This document shows positions 29,348 through 38,607 of a stretch of 64,000 nucleotides of DNA, in pieces. This stretch comes from an uncultured Acidobacteriota bacterium (lineage in GTDB: Bacteria; Acidobacteriota; Thermoanaerobaculia; Multivoradales; UBA5704). The translations under genes were made by a program, and so were the position numbers. The notes beneath the pieces are model-generated. The model was not told where the DNA came from and searched no databases. It saw only the letters and a list, made by a program, of their open reading frames with translations. The stretch is taken from contig OY969474.1 of assembly GCA_963700145.1 (NCBI GenBank), forward strand, positions 4,672,001 through 4,736,000, written 5' to 3'. Numbering within the stretch: the first letter of the stretch is position 1; the number at the start of each line of letters is the position of its first letter.

Positions 29348-29809
29348 TTATATGTGTGAGCGAAGGACTTCCGTAATCTGAAGCAACCCGTCGCGATCGA
29401 TCTCATCGAACGCCGCAATCTCGTGCGAATCGATATCCAGGACTGCGACGAGCGCGCCGGTGCGATCGAGAATGGGGACGACGATTTCCGAGCGCGCGGA
29501 TTCGTCGCAGGCGATGTGGCCGGGGAAGGCGTGGACGTCGGGAACGAGCTGGACAGTGCGGGTGCGCGCCGCGGCGCCGCAGACGCCGCGGTCGAAAGGG
29601 ATCTCGAGGCAACCGAGCGGCCCTTGATACGGCCCGACGCGCAGCAGCCCCGGCGCCACGACGCGATAGAAACCGGTCCAGCTCGCGGCCGGCAGCGCGC
29701 GATGGATCAGACAGGCCGCCGTCGCCATCGAGGTGATCGGATCATCCACGCCTTCGAGCACCGACGCGAGCTCCACCGCCAGCCGCCGGTAGGCCTCGAC
29801 CCTCTCCAT
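29348..29809 (-). CDS. msrC: GAF-domain protein, free methionine-R-sulfoxide reductase family
   Basis: WTGFY, GPYQG, GVCG, VHAFPGHIACD, SEIVVP, LDIDS; start uncertain. Confidence 0.85.
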   Translation of the reverse strand: MERVEAYRRLAVELASVLEGVDDPITSMATAACLIHRALPAASWTGFYRVVAPGLLRVGPYQGPLGCLEIPFDRGVCGAAARTRTVQLVPDVHAFPGHIACDESARSEIVVPILDRTGALVAVLDIDSHEIAAFDEIDRDGLLQITEVLRSHI

Positions 29810-29858
29810 GACGTCAGGGATCACGATCTCCACGGCGCGGCATCGTAGCATCGGCCTC

Positions 29859-30683
29859 ATGAGCCGCTGGCGGAACTTGCCGCGCGGCGCCGTCGTCGGC
29901 GGCGCCGTGCTTCTCGTGTTGTGCGCCGCCGCGCTCTTCGCGCCGTGGCTCTCGCCGTACGACCCGCTCGCGCAACAGCTCGAGCTCCGCCTCCAGCCGC
30001 CGTCGCTCGCTCATCCGCTCGGGCTCGACGAGCTCGGGCGCGACGTCCTGTCGCGGCTCCTCTTCGGCGCCCGCACCTCGCTCGCCGTCGGGCTCGCGGT
30101 GGTCCTCGTCGCCGGCTCGATCGGCACCGCCATCGGCGCCGTCGCCGGCTTCGCCGGCGGCCGCGTCGACGCTCTGCTCATGCGCGCCACCGACGTCTTC
30201 CTCGCCTTTCCGGGGATCCTTCTCGCCATCGCTTTCGTCGCCGTGCTCGGACCGGCGCTGTCGCACGTCGTCCTGGCGTTGGTGCTGATCGGTTGGGTGG
30301 GTTACGCACGCCTGGTGCGCGCCCAGGTGCGGCAGTGGACGGCGCGCGACTTCGTGCTGGCGGCGCGCGCCGCCGGGCTGCCGCGGCGGCGGATCGTGCT
30401 GCGCCACCTGCTGCCCAACGTCCTGCCCGAGCTGACCGTGCAGGCCACGCTCGGGCTGGCCGGCGCCATCCTCGCCGAGGCCGGTCTCTCCTTCCTTGGC
30501 CTCGGCATCGAGCCGCCGGCGCCGTCGTGGGGGAGCATGATCAACGCCGGCCGCAGCCACCTCCTCGACGCGCCGCACCTTTCGCTTTTCCCGGGGCTGG
30601 CCATCGTCGTCGCCGTCGTCGGCCTGCACCTACTGGGCGACGGCGTCCTCGACCTCCTGGACCCCCGCCGCCCGCGCTCCTGA
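29859..30683 (+). CDS. Peptide ABC transporter permease (DppC-like)
   Basis: HPLGLDELGRD, RHLLPN, EAGLSFLGLG, SWG. Confidence 0.9.
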   Translation: MSRWRNLPRGAVVGGAVLLVLCAAALFAPWLSPYDPLAQQLELRLQPPSLAHPLGLDELGRDVLSRLLFGARTSLAVGLAVVLVAGSIGTAIGAVAGFAGGRVDALLMRATDVFLAFPGILLAIAFVAVLGPALSHVVLALVLIGWVGYARLVRAQVRQWTARDFVLAARAAGLPRRRIVLRHLLPNVLPELTVQATLGLAGAILAEAGLSFLGLGIEPPAPSWGSMINAGRSHLLDAPHLSLFPGLAIVVAVVGLHLLGDGVLDLLDPRRPRS

Positions 30684-30736
30684 CGTCTGCGATCATCGAA
30701 AGGCAAGCGATTCGCAACTTGTCTCGCAGGCGCAAC

Positions 30737-30765
30737 TTGACATTGTTCATACAGACTTTGATAAT
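30737..30765 (+). promoter_or_regulatory. Near-consensus sigma70 promoter
   Basis: TTGACA-N17-GATAAT in an AT-rich patch about 70 bp upstream of the 30834 start, followed by a GGAGG RBS. Confidence 0.75.
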
Positions 30766-30833
30766 GACCCGACCTTGAGCGGCCGGACCGCTCATTTCCG
30801 TTCCTTTCCAACGCGCATGGAGGACCTCTGCTA

Positions 30834-31643
30834 ATGGCAGAACCCGACACGTCGGCGTCGCAGGGCGGGGAGGGCCGCCGCACCTACACCCTCTCGGACG
30901 TCGCCAAGAAGACGGGCATCTCGATGCCCACGTTGCAGCGCTACAAGAAGCTTTATCAAAGCCGTCTCCCCTCCGTAGGACAAGGCCGCAAGCAGCGTTA
31001 TCCCGAGGAAGCCCTCGCCGTCTTCGAAGAGATCAAGGTAGAGAGCGCGGGCCGCCGCGGGCGGCCGCGCAAGGATCCGTCGGCGCCGAGACCGGCGCGC
31101 ACCGCCACGCCGAAGCGCCGCGCCAGGGCCGCGCGACGCGGTCGTCCTCCCGGTCGTCCGCCGGGACGTCCACGGCGCGGTCGTCCTCCCGGGCGTCCGC
31201 CGGGACGTCCCGCACGGCGCGGTCGTCCGCCCGGTCGTCCGCCGGGACAGGCGCGGCGCGGTCGTCCCCCCGGTCGTCGCACCGGGACCGGCGGCCTGCT
31301 CACGCTGACCTCGGTCAGCGAGCGGACCGGGATCTCCTACCCGACGTTGGTGCGTTACGTGAAGCTCTACTCCAGCCGCCTGCCGCACGTCGGCAGCGGT
31401 CGCGCGCGGCGCTTCAAGCCCGAGGCGGTCGAGGTCTTCCGCGAGCTGCGGCAGCAGAGCGGCCGCGGCGGCCGCCGCCGCGGTCCCGGCCGCCCGGCCG
31501 GTGAGGGCGGGCGTCGTCGCGGGCGTCCGCCGGGGAGCGCGAGCGGCGTCGCGGGTCGCCTGCGGGCGCTCGAGAAGTCGCAGGCGGCGCTCGAGAAGCG
31601 GATGAAGCGCTTCGTGAGCAGCGTGACGAAGCTGTTCAAGTAG
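30834..31643 (+). CDS. DNA-binding protein: two MerR-like HTH domains with tandem AT-hook-like (GRP) repeats and a C-terminal coiled coil
   Basis: YTLSDVAKKTGISMPTLQRY and LTLTSVSERTGISYPTLVRY; 12 GRP motifs, 6 of them RGRP. Confidence 0.8.
   Translation: MAEPDTSASQGGEGRRTYTLSDVAKKTGISMPTLQRYKKLYQSRLPSVGQGRKQRYPEEALAVFEEIKVESAGRRGRPRKDPSAPRPARTATPKRRARAARRGRPPGRPPGRPRRGRPPGRPPGRPARRGRPPGRPPGQARRGRPPGRRTGTGGLLTLTSVSERTGISYPTLVRYVKLYSSRLPHVGSGRARRFKPEAVEVFRELRQQSGRGGRRRGPGRPAGEGGRRRGRPPGSASGVAGRLRALEKSQAALEKRMKRFVSSVTKLFK
31131..31280 (+). repeat. Intragenic tandem repeat of about 39-42 bp encoding RRGRPPGRPPGRP
   Basis: CGCGGTCGTCCNCCCGG repeated about four times. Confidence 0.8.
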
Positions 31644-32589
31644 CCGCGGCGGTCAAGTGGTCCCAGCCGGCGGGGGGCAGCGTCCGCTGCCTCCCGCCGG
31701 TCGCCAGCCGCACACCGCGCCCCGCGGTGATCGTTCCGATCCTCCGACAGCCAAATGCCGGCGGCGGCCCCGCGCGAGCGGGCAGCGTGAAGAGCAGCAC
31801 GTAGTCCTCGCCGCCGCCGAGCGCCAGCTCCAGCGGCTCGCGCCCGAGCCGCGCGCAGAGCGCGGCGAAGCCGCGCGGCAGCGGCAGCCGTTCCGCCTCG
31901 ACGACCGCTCCCACGCCGCTCGCCGCGCAGAGGCGGTGGAGGTCGCGCGCCAGGCCGTCCGAGACGTCGATCGCCGCCCCCGCCGCGCCGCGCCGCTCGC
32001 CGAGCCAGCGGCCGAGCGCGAGCTGCGGCGCCGGCGCGAGGTGCCGCCGCACCGCCCGCCGTGCGGCGGCGTCCCTGGCCGCCACGCCCGCGGCGAGGAG
32101 CAGCCGCCCGGCGGCCGACTCGCCGAGCGTCCCCCCGACCCACAGCGCCTGCCCCGGGCGGGCGCCGCCGCGGCGCAGGAACCGCCGCCCTTTCGGCAGC
32201 CGTCCGAGGAGCGTCAGCGTGGCGACCAGCCCGGCCGGCGACGCGGCGAGGTCGCCGCCCGCCAGGCGCACGCCGTGGCGGCGGCAGGCGGCGGCGAGCG
32301 CCGCGAGGAAGCGGCGGTGCGGGAAGCCCGCCGGCGCGTTGAGCGCCAGCACCGCGTAGGCCGGATCGGCACCGCACGCGGCGAGGTCGGAGAGGTTGAC
32401 GGCGAGGAGGCGGCGCGCCACCACCGCCGGCTCAGTCCCGGCAAGGAAGTGGACCCCTTCGATCTGGCTGTCGACGGTGGCGACGAAGCGGCCCGGCAGA
32501 AGGGCGGCGTCGTCGCCGATCAGCGGCTCGTCACCGAGGCGGCCGCGGAGCCACCGGAGCAGGCGCTCCTCGCTGCGGTCTTCCCCCAC
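31636..32589 (-). CDS. thiL: Thiamine-monophosphate kinase
   Basis: IGDDAA, EGVHF, VNLSDLAACGA, GGD, IDVSDGL, GGEDY. Confidence 0.9.
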   Translation of the reverse strand: MGEDRSEERLLRWLRGRLGDEPLIGDDAALLPGRFVATVDSQIEGVHFLAGTEPAVVARRLLAVNLSDLAACGADPAYAVLALNAPAGFPHRRFLAALAAACRRHGVRLAGGDLAASPAGLVATLTLLGRLPKGRRFLRRGGARPGQALWVGGTLGESAAGRLLLAAGVAARDAAARRAVRRHLAPAPQLALGRWLGERRGAAGAAIDVSDGLARDLHRLCAASGVGAVVEAERLPLPRGFAALCARLGREPLELALGGGEDYVLLFTLPARAGPPPAFGCRRIGTITAGRGVRLATGGRQRTLPPAGWDHLTAAAT

Positions 32590-32590
32590 C

Positions 32591-32688
32591 CAGATCCTTC
32601 GCTGCGCTCAGGATGACGAGGAAGGGTTCATGCCGGGCACAACCCAACGACGTCATCCTGAGCGCAGCGTAGCGCAGCGAAGGATCTG
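32591..32688. repeat. REP pair between lon and thiL
   Basis: CAGATCCTTCGCTGCGCTCAGGATGAC and GTCATCCTGAGCGCAGCGTAGCGCAGCGAAGGATCTG. Confidence 0.8.
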
Positions 32689-32701
32689 GGGGCGGGCAGG
32701 C

Positions 32702-35155
32702 TCATGCAGGGACTTCCACCGGTTCCTTTTCCGGCGCCGGCGCCTCCGCGGACGGGCCCTCCGCCGCGGGCCTCGTCCCTGGCGCGTCGAGGGTCGGCCG
32801 CGGCATCGGCAGCAGCGCCAGGTCCAGCACCTCGTCCATGTGCTCGACGAAGTGGAAGCTGAGCCCCTGCTTGACCTGCTGCGAGACCTCGTCGAGGTCG
32901 CGCCGGTTGAGCTTGGGGAGGGCCACGCGGGCGACGCCGGCGAGCTTGGCGGCGAGGACCTTCTCCTTGAGCCCGCCGATCGGCAGCACGTCGCCGCGCA
33001 GGGTGAGCTCGCCGGTCATCGCCAGGCGGCGGTCGACCGGGCGCTGCGTCAGCACCGAGAGGATCGCGGCGCCGATGGTGATCCCCGCCGACGGCCCGTC
33101 CTTGGGGATCGAGCCGGCCGGCACGTGGACGTGGATGTCGTGGCGGGCGAAGTAGTCGTCGGCGATGCCGTTGGCGCCGCCCCAGGCGCGGGCGTAGGAG
33201 AGCGCCGCCTGCGCCGACTCCTTCATCACTTCGCCGAGCTGGCCGGTGAGGAGGAGCAGCCCCTTCCCCGGCACCGCCACCACCTCGATGAACAGCAGAT
33301 CGCCGCCGACGGCGGTCCAGGCGAGGCCGGTTGCCACGCCCACCCGGTCGCGGTCCAGGAGCTCCTCGGAGTAGTGCTTGCGGGCGCCGAGCAGCTCCTC
33401 GACCTTCGCCGCGTCCACGACGACCTGCTCGGTCTCGCCGCGCGCCACCCGGACCGCCACCTTGCGGCAGATCGCCGCCAGCTCGCGCTCCAGGTTCCGC
33501 AGCCCCGCCTCCTTGGTGTAGTCGGAGATGACCTTGCGGGTGCCCTCCTCGGTGAACAGCACCTGCTCCTCGCTGATGCCGTTCTCGCGCGTCTGCTTGG
33601 GGATCAGGTGGCGGCGGGCGATCTCGAGCTTCTCCTCCTCGGTGTAGCCGGAGAGGCGGAGCACCTCCATGCGGTCGAGGAAGGCGGGCTGGATCGGCTC
33701 GAGCAGGTTGGCGGTGGCGATGAAGAGCACCCGCGAGAGGTCGTAGGGGACGCCGAGGTAGTGGTCGACGAAGGTGTTGTTCTGCTCCGGGTCGAGCACC
33801 TCGAGCAGGGCCGACGAGGGGTCGCCGCGGAAGTCGGCGCCGATCTTGTCGATCTCGTCGAGGACGAAGACCGGGTTGCTGGTGCCGGCCTGGCGGATGC
33901 CCTGGAGGATGCGCCCGGGCAGGGCGCCGACGTAGGTGCGGCGGTGGCCGCGGACCTCGGCCTCGTCGCGCACCCCGCCCAACGAGATGCGCACGAACTG
34001 CCGGCCGAGCGAGCGGGCGATCGAGCGCCCGAGCGAGGTCTTGCCGACGCCCGGCGGCCCGACGAAGCAGAGGATCGGCCCCTTGGTGTCCTGCTTGAGC
34101 TTGCGCACCGCCAAGTACTCGAGGATGCGCTCCTTGATCTTCTCGAGGTCGTAGTGGTCCTCGTCGAGCACCTGCTGCGCGCGGTCGAGGTCGAGGTCGT
34201 CCTGCGAGACGGTGCCCCAGGGCATCGCGGTCAGCCAGTCGAGGTAGGTGCGGATGATCTGCGTCTCGGCGCTCTCCGGGTGGCTGCGCTCGAGGCGCTT
34301 GATCTGTCGCTCCAGCTCCTCGCGGGCCTCGTCGGTCAGCCCCTTCTCGTCGGCCAGCTTGCGGTAGTTGGCGATCTCTTCCGACAGCTCCTCGCCTTCG
34401 CCCAGCTCCTGCTGGATCGCCTTGAGCTGCTGGCGCAGGAAGTACTCGCGCTGCGAGCGGTCCATCTCGCCGCGCGCCTGCGAGGAGATCTCCTGCTGCA
34501 TGGTGAGCACCTGGATCTCGCGCACCAGGAGGTCGGACACCTTGCGCAGCCGCTCGACGGGGTCCATCGTCTCGAGGATCGCCTGCGCCTCGGGGAGCTT
34601 GAGGTCGAGGTTGCTGGCCGCGAGGTCGGCGAGGCGGCCGGGGTCCTCGAGGTTGGCGGCGATGACCATGACCTCGGCCGAGATCGCCTTGCCCAGCCCC
34701 ACCGCGCGCTCCAGGCTCTCCTTGACGCTGCGCACCAGCGCCTCGGCCTCGAGCCCGCTCTCGGACGGCGCCGGCTCCTCCAGCCGCTCGATCTTGGCCT
34801 GCAGGTACGGCTCGACCTGGCTGATGTGCTCGATGCGCGCCCGGGCGACCCCCTGGACCAGGATGCGGATGCGGCCGTCCGGGAGCTTCAACATGCGCAG
34901 GATGACCGCCGCGGTGCCGAACGGGTAGAGGTCGGCCTCGCCGGGGTTCTCGACCGCGGAGTCGCGCTGCGCCACCAGCATGATGACCCGGTTCTCGGCG
35001 AGCGCGCGGTCCACCGCCACGACGCTCTTGTCGCGCCCCACCGAGAGCGGCAGGATGATGTAGGGGAAGACGACCGTGTCTTTGAGCGGCAGGACCGGCA
35101 GGACGTCGGGGACCTTGACGCTCTCCTCCTGCGGCTCCCCCGGCGGCTTGCTCAT
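32702..35155 (-). CDS. lon: ATP-dependent protease La
   Basis: [30 protein letters not shown]; start MSKPP overlaps the hsp20 stop. Confidence 0.95.
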   Translation of the reverse strand: MSKPPGEPQEESVKVPDVLPVLPLKDTVVFPYIILPLSVGRDKSVVAVDRALAENRVIMLVAQRDSAVENPGEADLYPFGTAAVILRMLKLPDGRIRILVQGVARARIEHISQVEPYLQAKIERLEEPAPSESGLEAEALVRSVKESLERAVGLGKAISAEVMVIAANLEDPGRLADLAASNLDLKLPEAQAILETMDPVERLRKVSDLLVREIQVLTMQQEISSQARGEMDRSQREYFLRQQLKAIQQELGEGEELSEEIANYRKLADEKGLTDEAREELERQIKRLERSHPESAETQIIRTYLDWLTAMPWGTVSQDDLDLDRAQQVLDEDHYDLEKIKERILEYLAVRKLKQDTKGPILCFVGPPGVGKTSLGRSIARSLGRQFVRISLGGVRDEAEVRGHRRTYVGALPGRILQGIRQAGTSNPVFVLDEIDKIGADFRGDPSSALLEVLDPEQNNTFVDHYLGVPYDLSRVLFIATANLLEPIQPAFLDRMEVLRLSGYTEEEKLEIARRHLIPKQTRENGISEEQVLFTEEGTRKVISDYTKEAGLRNLERELAAICRKVAVRVARGETEQVVVDAAKVEELLGARKHYSEELLDRDRVGVATGLAWTAVGGDLLFIEVVAVPGKGLLLLTGQLGEVMKESAQAALSYARAWGGANGIADDYFARHDIHVHVPAGSIPKDGPSAGITIGAAILSVLTQRPVDRRLAMTGELTLRGDVLPIGGLKEKVLAAKLAGVARVALPKLNRRDLDEVSQQVKQGLSFHFVEHMDEVLDLALLPMPRPTLDAPGTRPAAEGPSAEAPAPEKEPVEVPA

Positions 35156-35643
35156 CGTTCCTCGGTCTCCGGATTGTCGGGCGGATTGTCGGCGGGTACG
35201 GGCTCCTCGACATGCAAGAGGCGAGCCTCTTGGCGCTTCTCCTGCACCTTCGGAAACGTCACGATCAGAAGGCCCGCTTCCAGCCGCGCGCTGCCCTGGT
35301 GGCTGTTGACCGGCCAAAACAGCTGCACCTCGCGCCGAAAGCGACCGTGCCCGCGCTCCATGCACTGGAAGCGGACGCGCTGGCTGGTGGGGAGCGCCGT
35401 CGTCTTGGTGCCGGAGACGACGACGAGCGTGCCCCGCACCTCGACCTTGAGGTCGGCGGCGCCGAGCCCCGGCACGTCGAGGAGGAGCTGGATCTCGTCC
35501 GGCGTCTCGACGACGTCGAGGTCCGGCTGCCACTCGCCGGCGGCGAGCGTCCCGGCGCCTAGCTGGAGGGCCTCGTGGAAGAGGCGGTCGAGCTCGGACT
35601 GGAAGCGCGAGATCAGGTGGAGCGAGGGGTAACGGCCGGCCAC
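35152..35643 (-). CDS. Hsp20 / alpha-crystallin small heat-shock protein
   Basis: PDLDVVE, DVPG, ERGHGRFRR, GLLIVTFPK. Confidence 0.88.
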   Translation of the reverse strand: MAGRYPSLHLISRFQSELDRLFHEALQLGAGTLAAGEWQPDLDVVETPDEIQLLLDVPGLGAADLKVEVRGTLVVVSGTKTTALPTSQRVRFQCMERGHGRFRREVQLFWPVNSHQGSARLEAGLLIVTFPKVQEKRQEARLLHVEEPVPADNPPDNPETEER

Positions 35644-35644
35644 C

Positions 35645-36127
35645 CTAGCCCTCCTCGCGGGTGGGGACCTCTTCGCGCGGCTGCACCAGGCCGCGCAGCA
35701 CGTCCATGAAGGCGTCGATGTCCTCGAAGCGGCGGTAGACCGAGGCGAAGCGCACGTAGGCCACCTGGTCGAGCTCGCGCAGCCGCTCCATGACGAAGGA
35801 GCCGATGTCGCGGGTCGAGATCTCCCGGTCCTCGCGCTCGTGGAGCATGTTCTCGGCCTCTTCCACGATCTCCTCCAGCCGCCGCTGCGCCACCGGCCGC
35901 TTCTCGCAGGCCTTGAGCAGCCCCGACATCAGCTTCTTCCTGCTGAACTCCTCGCGGCTGCCGTCGTGCTTGACCACAAGATACGGGATGTCTTCGATCT
36001 GCTCGTACGAGGTGAAGCGGCGGCCGCAGGAGAGGCACTCGCGCCGCCGGCGGATGGTGACCCCGTCGCGGCTCTCCCGGGAGTCCACCACCCGGTCCCG
36101 GTTCTCGGAGCAGAAGGGGCACCGCAT
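35645..36127 (-). CDS. nrdR: Transcriptional repressor NrdR
   Basis: MRCPFC, VDSR, IRRRREC, RFTSYE, VAYVRFASVY. Confidence 0.95.
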   Translation of the reverse strand: MRCPFCSENRDRVVDSRESRDGVTIRRRRECLSCGRRFTSYEQIEDIPYLVVKHDGSREEFSRKKLMSGLLKACEKRPVAQRRLEEIVEEAENMLHEREDREISTRDIGSFVMERLRELDQVAYVRFASVYRRFEDIDAFMDVLRGLVQPREEVPTREEG

Positions 36128-36178
36128 GGGCGCCGGCCAGCATAGCAGCGTCCGCGGGGAAGCCGGCCCGGAGCGTTT

Positions 36179-36546
36179 TGGTGCATCCGCGCGGCCTCGG
36201 ATGCACGGGAAGACGGCTGGACCAAGCGCCCCGGAGACGTTTATGCACCATTTTTCGCCGCCGATGCACCACCGGGAGTGCTTGGACGGCCTCCCCCGCG
36301 CCTCGGGAGCCCGTCCAGGCCCCTCCAGCGCCCTCCCTCAAGGCAAAATGGTGCAAAGAAGGCGAAAAATGGTGCACCCCGGCCGCGGCGGCGACCGCCC
36401 CCGCGCCGGGGGTGCACCACCACGGCGTTTTCTGGTGCATTTCGGCCGCCCGGACGCTTGCTCACGGCGCCGTACCGCTTGATCCAGCACCGCGGGCGGT
36501 CGTTCCGGCCAGCCGATGGTGCATCCGACGCGTCGGATGGTGCATC
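36179..36546. repeat. Array of ten TGCA-core motifs in five pairs, with nested inverted repeats
   Basis: TGCA cores at 36182/36202, 36244/36265, 36352/36373, 36413/36436, 36520/36541; perfect 16-bp inverted repeat TGCACCATTTTTCGCC / GGCGAAAAATGGTGCA. Confidence 0.7.
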
Positions 36547-36597
36547 GAAGTCCCCGGGGGCGCTTGAGGGCGGGTTCGGGGAGAACGACCGAAGCGA

Positions 36598-36861
36598 TCA
36601 GCGGAGAGGCTGGAGCGCGAGCAGATGCTCGACCTCGACTCCGTCGTCCAGTTCCTCCCAGTAGACGGCGAAGCCCCCCGGCTCGAGCGACCACCCTTCC
36701 CGCTGGTCGGGAGACGCCCGCAGCAGCCATGCGAGCCAGGAGACCCCGGCGAGCGGCACGCCGATGTCCCGGCCGTCCGTGAGCAGCACGTGGAGCACGT
36801 CGCCCTCGAAGCGCACGCCGGTCGCCCCAACGGTGATTTCCCTACCGGGTGAAGTGATCAT
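36598..36861 (-). CDS. DUF2442 family protein (putative antitoxin)
   Basis: LHVLLTDGRDIGVPL...WL...AVYWEELDDGVEVEHLL. Confidence 0.8.
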   Translation of the reverse strand: MITSPGREITVGATGVRFEGDVLHVLLTDGRDIGVPLAGVSWLAWLLRASPDQREGWSLEPGGFAVYWEELDDGVEVEHLLALQPLR

Positions 36862-37075
36862 TCCAAGCCTCCAACAACGCCGACTGATGCCACTGCGTCA
36901 ACTTCACGACCCGGTTCAGCTCGGCCGGGCCGTACCCACGATTCCAGGCAAGGGCGACCGGAAGAAGCCAGATCTTCGCCCGGGCCCCGCCGCGGAATAC
37001 GTGCACGTGCGGCGGCTCCGTCACGTCAGAAGAATAGAACCGGAACTTGTAGCCCGCAATGCGGATCGTCGGCAC
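36842..37075 (-). CDS. DUF4160 family protein (putative toxin-antitoxin partner)
   Basis: MPTI...GYKFRFYS...EPPHVHV...AKIWL...AWNDHF. Confidence 0.85.
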   Translation of the reverse strand: MPTIRIAGYKFRFYSSDVTEPPHVHVFRGGARAKIWLLPVALAWNRGYGPAELNRVVKLTQWHQSALLEAWNDHFTR

Positions 37076-37159
37076 GGCTCTCCCGTGACGGGAGAAGGCG
37101 ACGCGTCGCTCCCGCCACGAGAGAAGACGGAAAACAGAGTTCGGTTTTTGGCTCGCCCG

Positions 37160-38308
37160 CTACTCGCTGGCGTTCAGGGCGATGTTTAGGCGGAGGAGGA
37201 GCTTTTTGAGGCTGGCGGCGTCTTGGATGTCGACTTGGAGGTCTTTGATCGACTCGACGACCTGGTGGGCCTCGTCTTCGACTTGCAGGGAGACGGTGAC
37301 GCGGCGGGCGCGGGCGAAGTCGGCGCGGGGGAGGTTGAGCTCGACGTTGCGGGAGAGCTCGCCGCGGCCGTTGCGGGCGGGCGGAGCCTGCATGGCCTGG
37401 CGGCGGAGGGTCTCGAGCTCGGAGAGGACGTCGCGGCCGGCAGGGCGTGGGGGCGTGGCGGGCGGGACCGGGAGCGGCGGGAGCTTGGCGGCGCCGGCGG
37501 CCTCGCGCTGCGGCGGCGCGGCGGCAACGGGCGGCGGCGCGGCCGGGGCGGCGGGCTGCGCGGCCGGCTCTCTGCCAGCCGGGGCCGCCGCGGGCGGTGC
37601 CGGCTCGGCGGGCGGCGTCGGCGGTCTCGCCGCTGGCGCGCGGGGGCTCGCCGGCGACGGCTGCGGGGACGCCAGGGTCGGCCGCGCCACCGGCGCGGGG
37701 CGCGCCGCGGTCTCCGGGCGCGCCAGGCGCTTCTTGAGCGAGATCAGGGTCACTTTCGAGATGCCCTTGAGGGTCTCGTAGACGCCCTGGCCGTTGATGG
37801 CGCAGGCCTCGAAGTGGGGCCAGTTGCCGCGGTTGACGGCCTGGTTGAGCTCTTCGACGCTGGCGATGTCGGCGAGGTCGCGCTTGTTGTACTGGAGGAC
37901 GAGGGGCAGGCTCTCGACGGAGAGGCCCATCTCGGCCAGGTTCTCTTCCAGGTTGCGGAAGGAGTCGACGTTGGCCTGGAGCATGGCGCGCTGGGAGTCG
38001 GCGACGAAGACGACGCCGTCCACGCCCTTGAGCACGAGCTTGCGGGTGGTGTTGTAGAAGACCTGGCCGGGGACGGTGTAGAGCTGGATGCGGGTGTTGA
38101 AGCCGGCGATGGAGCCGACGTCGATGGGGAGGAGGTCGAAGAAGAGGGTGCGGTCGGTTTCGGTCTCTAGGGAGACCATTTCGCCGCGGGAGTCGTTGGC
38201 GGTGTGGGCGTAGATGTAATGAAGGTTGGTGGTTTTGCCGCACAGACCGGGGCCGTAGTACACCACCTTCGCAGCCATCTGCATGGTGCTGTAGTTGAAG
38301 AAGACCAT
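37160..38308 (-). CDS. MglA-like small GTPase with a Pro/Ala-rich linker and extra C-terminal domain
   Basis: KVVYYGPGLCGKTTN, DRTLFFD, YTVPGQ, YNKRD. Confidence 0.85.
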   Translation of the reverse strand: MVFFNYSTMQMAAKVVYYGPGLCGKTTNLHYIYAHTANDSRGEMVSLETETDRTLFFDLLPIDVGSIAGFNTRIQLYTVPGQVFYNTTRKLVLKGVDGVVFVADSQRAMLQANVDSFRNLEENLAEMGLSVESLPLVLQYNKRDLADIASVEELNQAVNRGNWPHFEACAINGQGVYETLKGISKVTLISLKKRLARPETAARPAPVARPTLASPQPSPASPRAPAARPPTPPAEPAPPAAAPAGREPAAQPAAPAAPPPVAAAPPQREAAGAAKLPPLPVPPATPPRPAGRDVLSELETLRRQAMQAPPARNGRGELSRNVELNLPRADFARARRVTVSLQVEDEAHQVVESIKDLQVDIQDAASLKKLLLRLNIALNASE

Positions 38309-38411
38309 CTCTGCGCGGAGGGGCCCCTTGGAGGGGAGCGGAGCATAACACGGGGGGCTGGGCCGGAGGTTGGCGGCGAAAGCGAGCGGCTGGCGTGCGG
38401 GGGTTTGTGGA

Positions 38412-38588
38412 GAGGGGCCGCGCGAGGGGCGCCGCCGCCGGGCACCGGCGCGCGCTTTTTGTGGACTGCTCGATCTGAGGCGCGCGCCTGCGCTTCGCTT
38501 TGCGCCTGGATCGGTGGAGGACTGCGATTGGGGTTGCCAGGCGCTCGCTCAGAGCTGCCCGGCGGCGGCGCCCCTCGCGCGGCCCCTC
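38412..38588 (+). repeat. Dispersed structured element, copy C
   Basis: Perfect 33-bp inverted repeat (38412-38444 / 38556-38588) around the conserved core. Confidence 0.8.
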
Positions 38589-38607
38589 CGGCAACGGCTC
38601 TGCCTGC

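Noticed and set aside
36179-36546. CRISPR array, NrdR boxes or canonical NtrC sites
   Set aside because: No constant repeat-spacer period, no NrdR-box consensus seen, and no TGCACCA-N3-TGGTGCA dyad.
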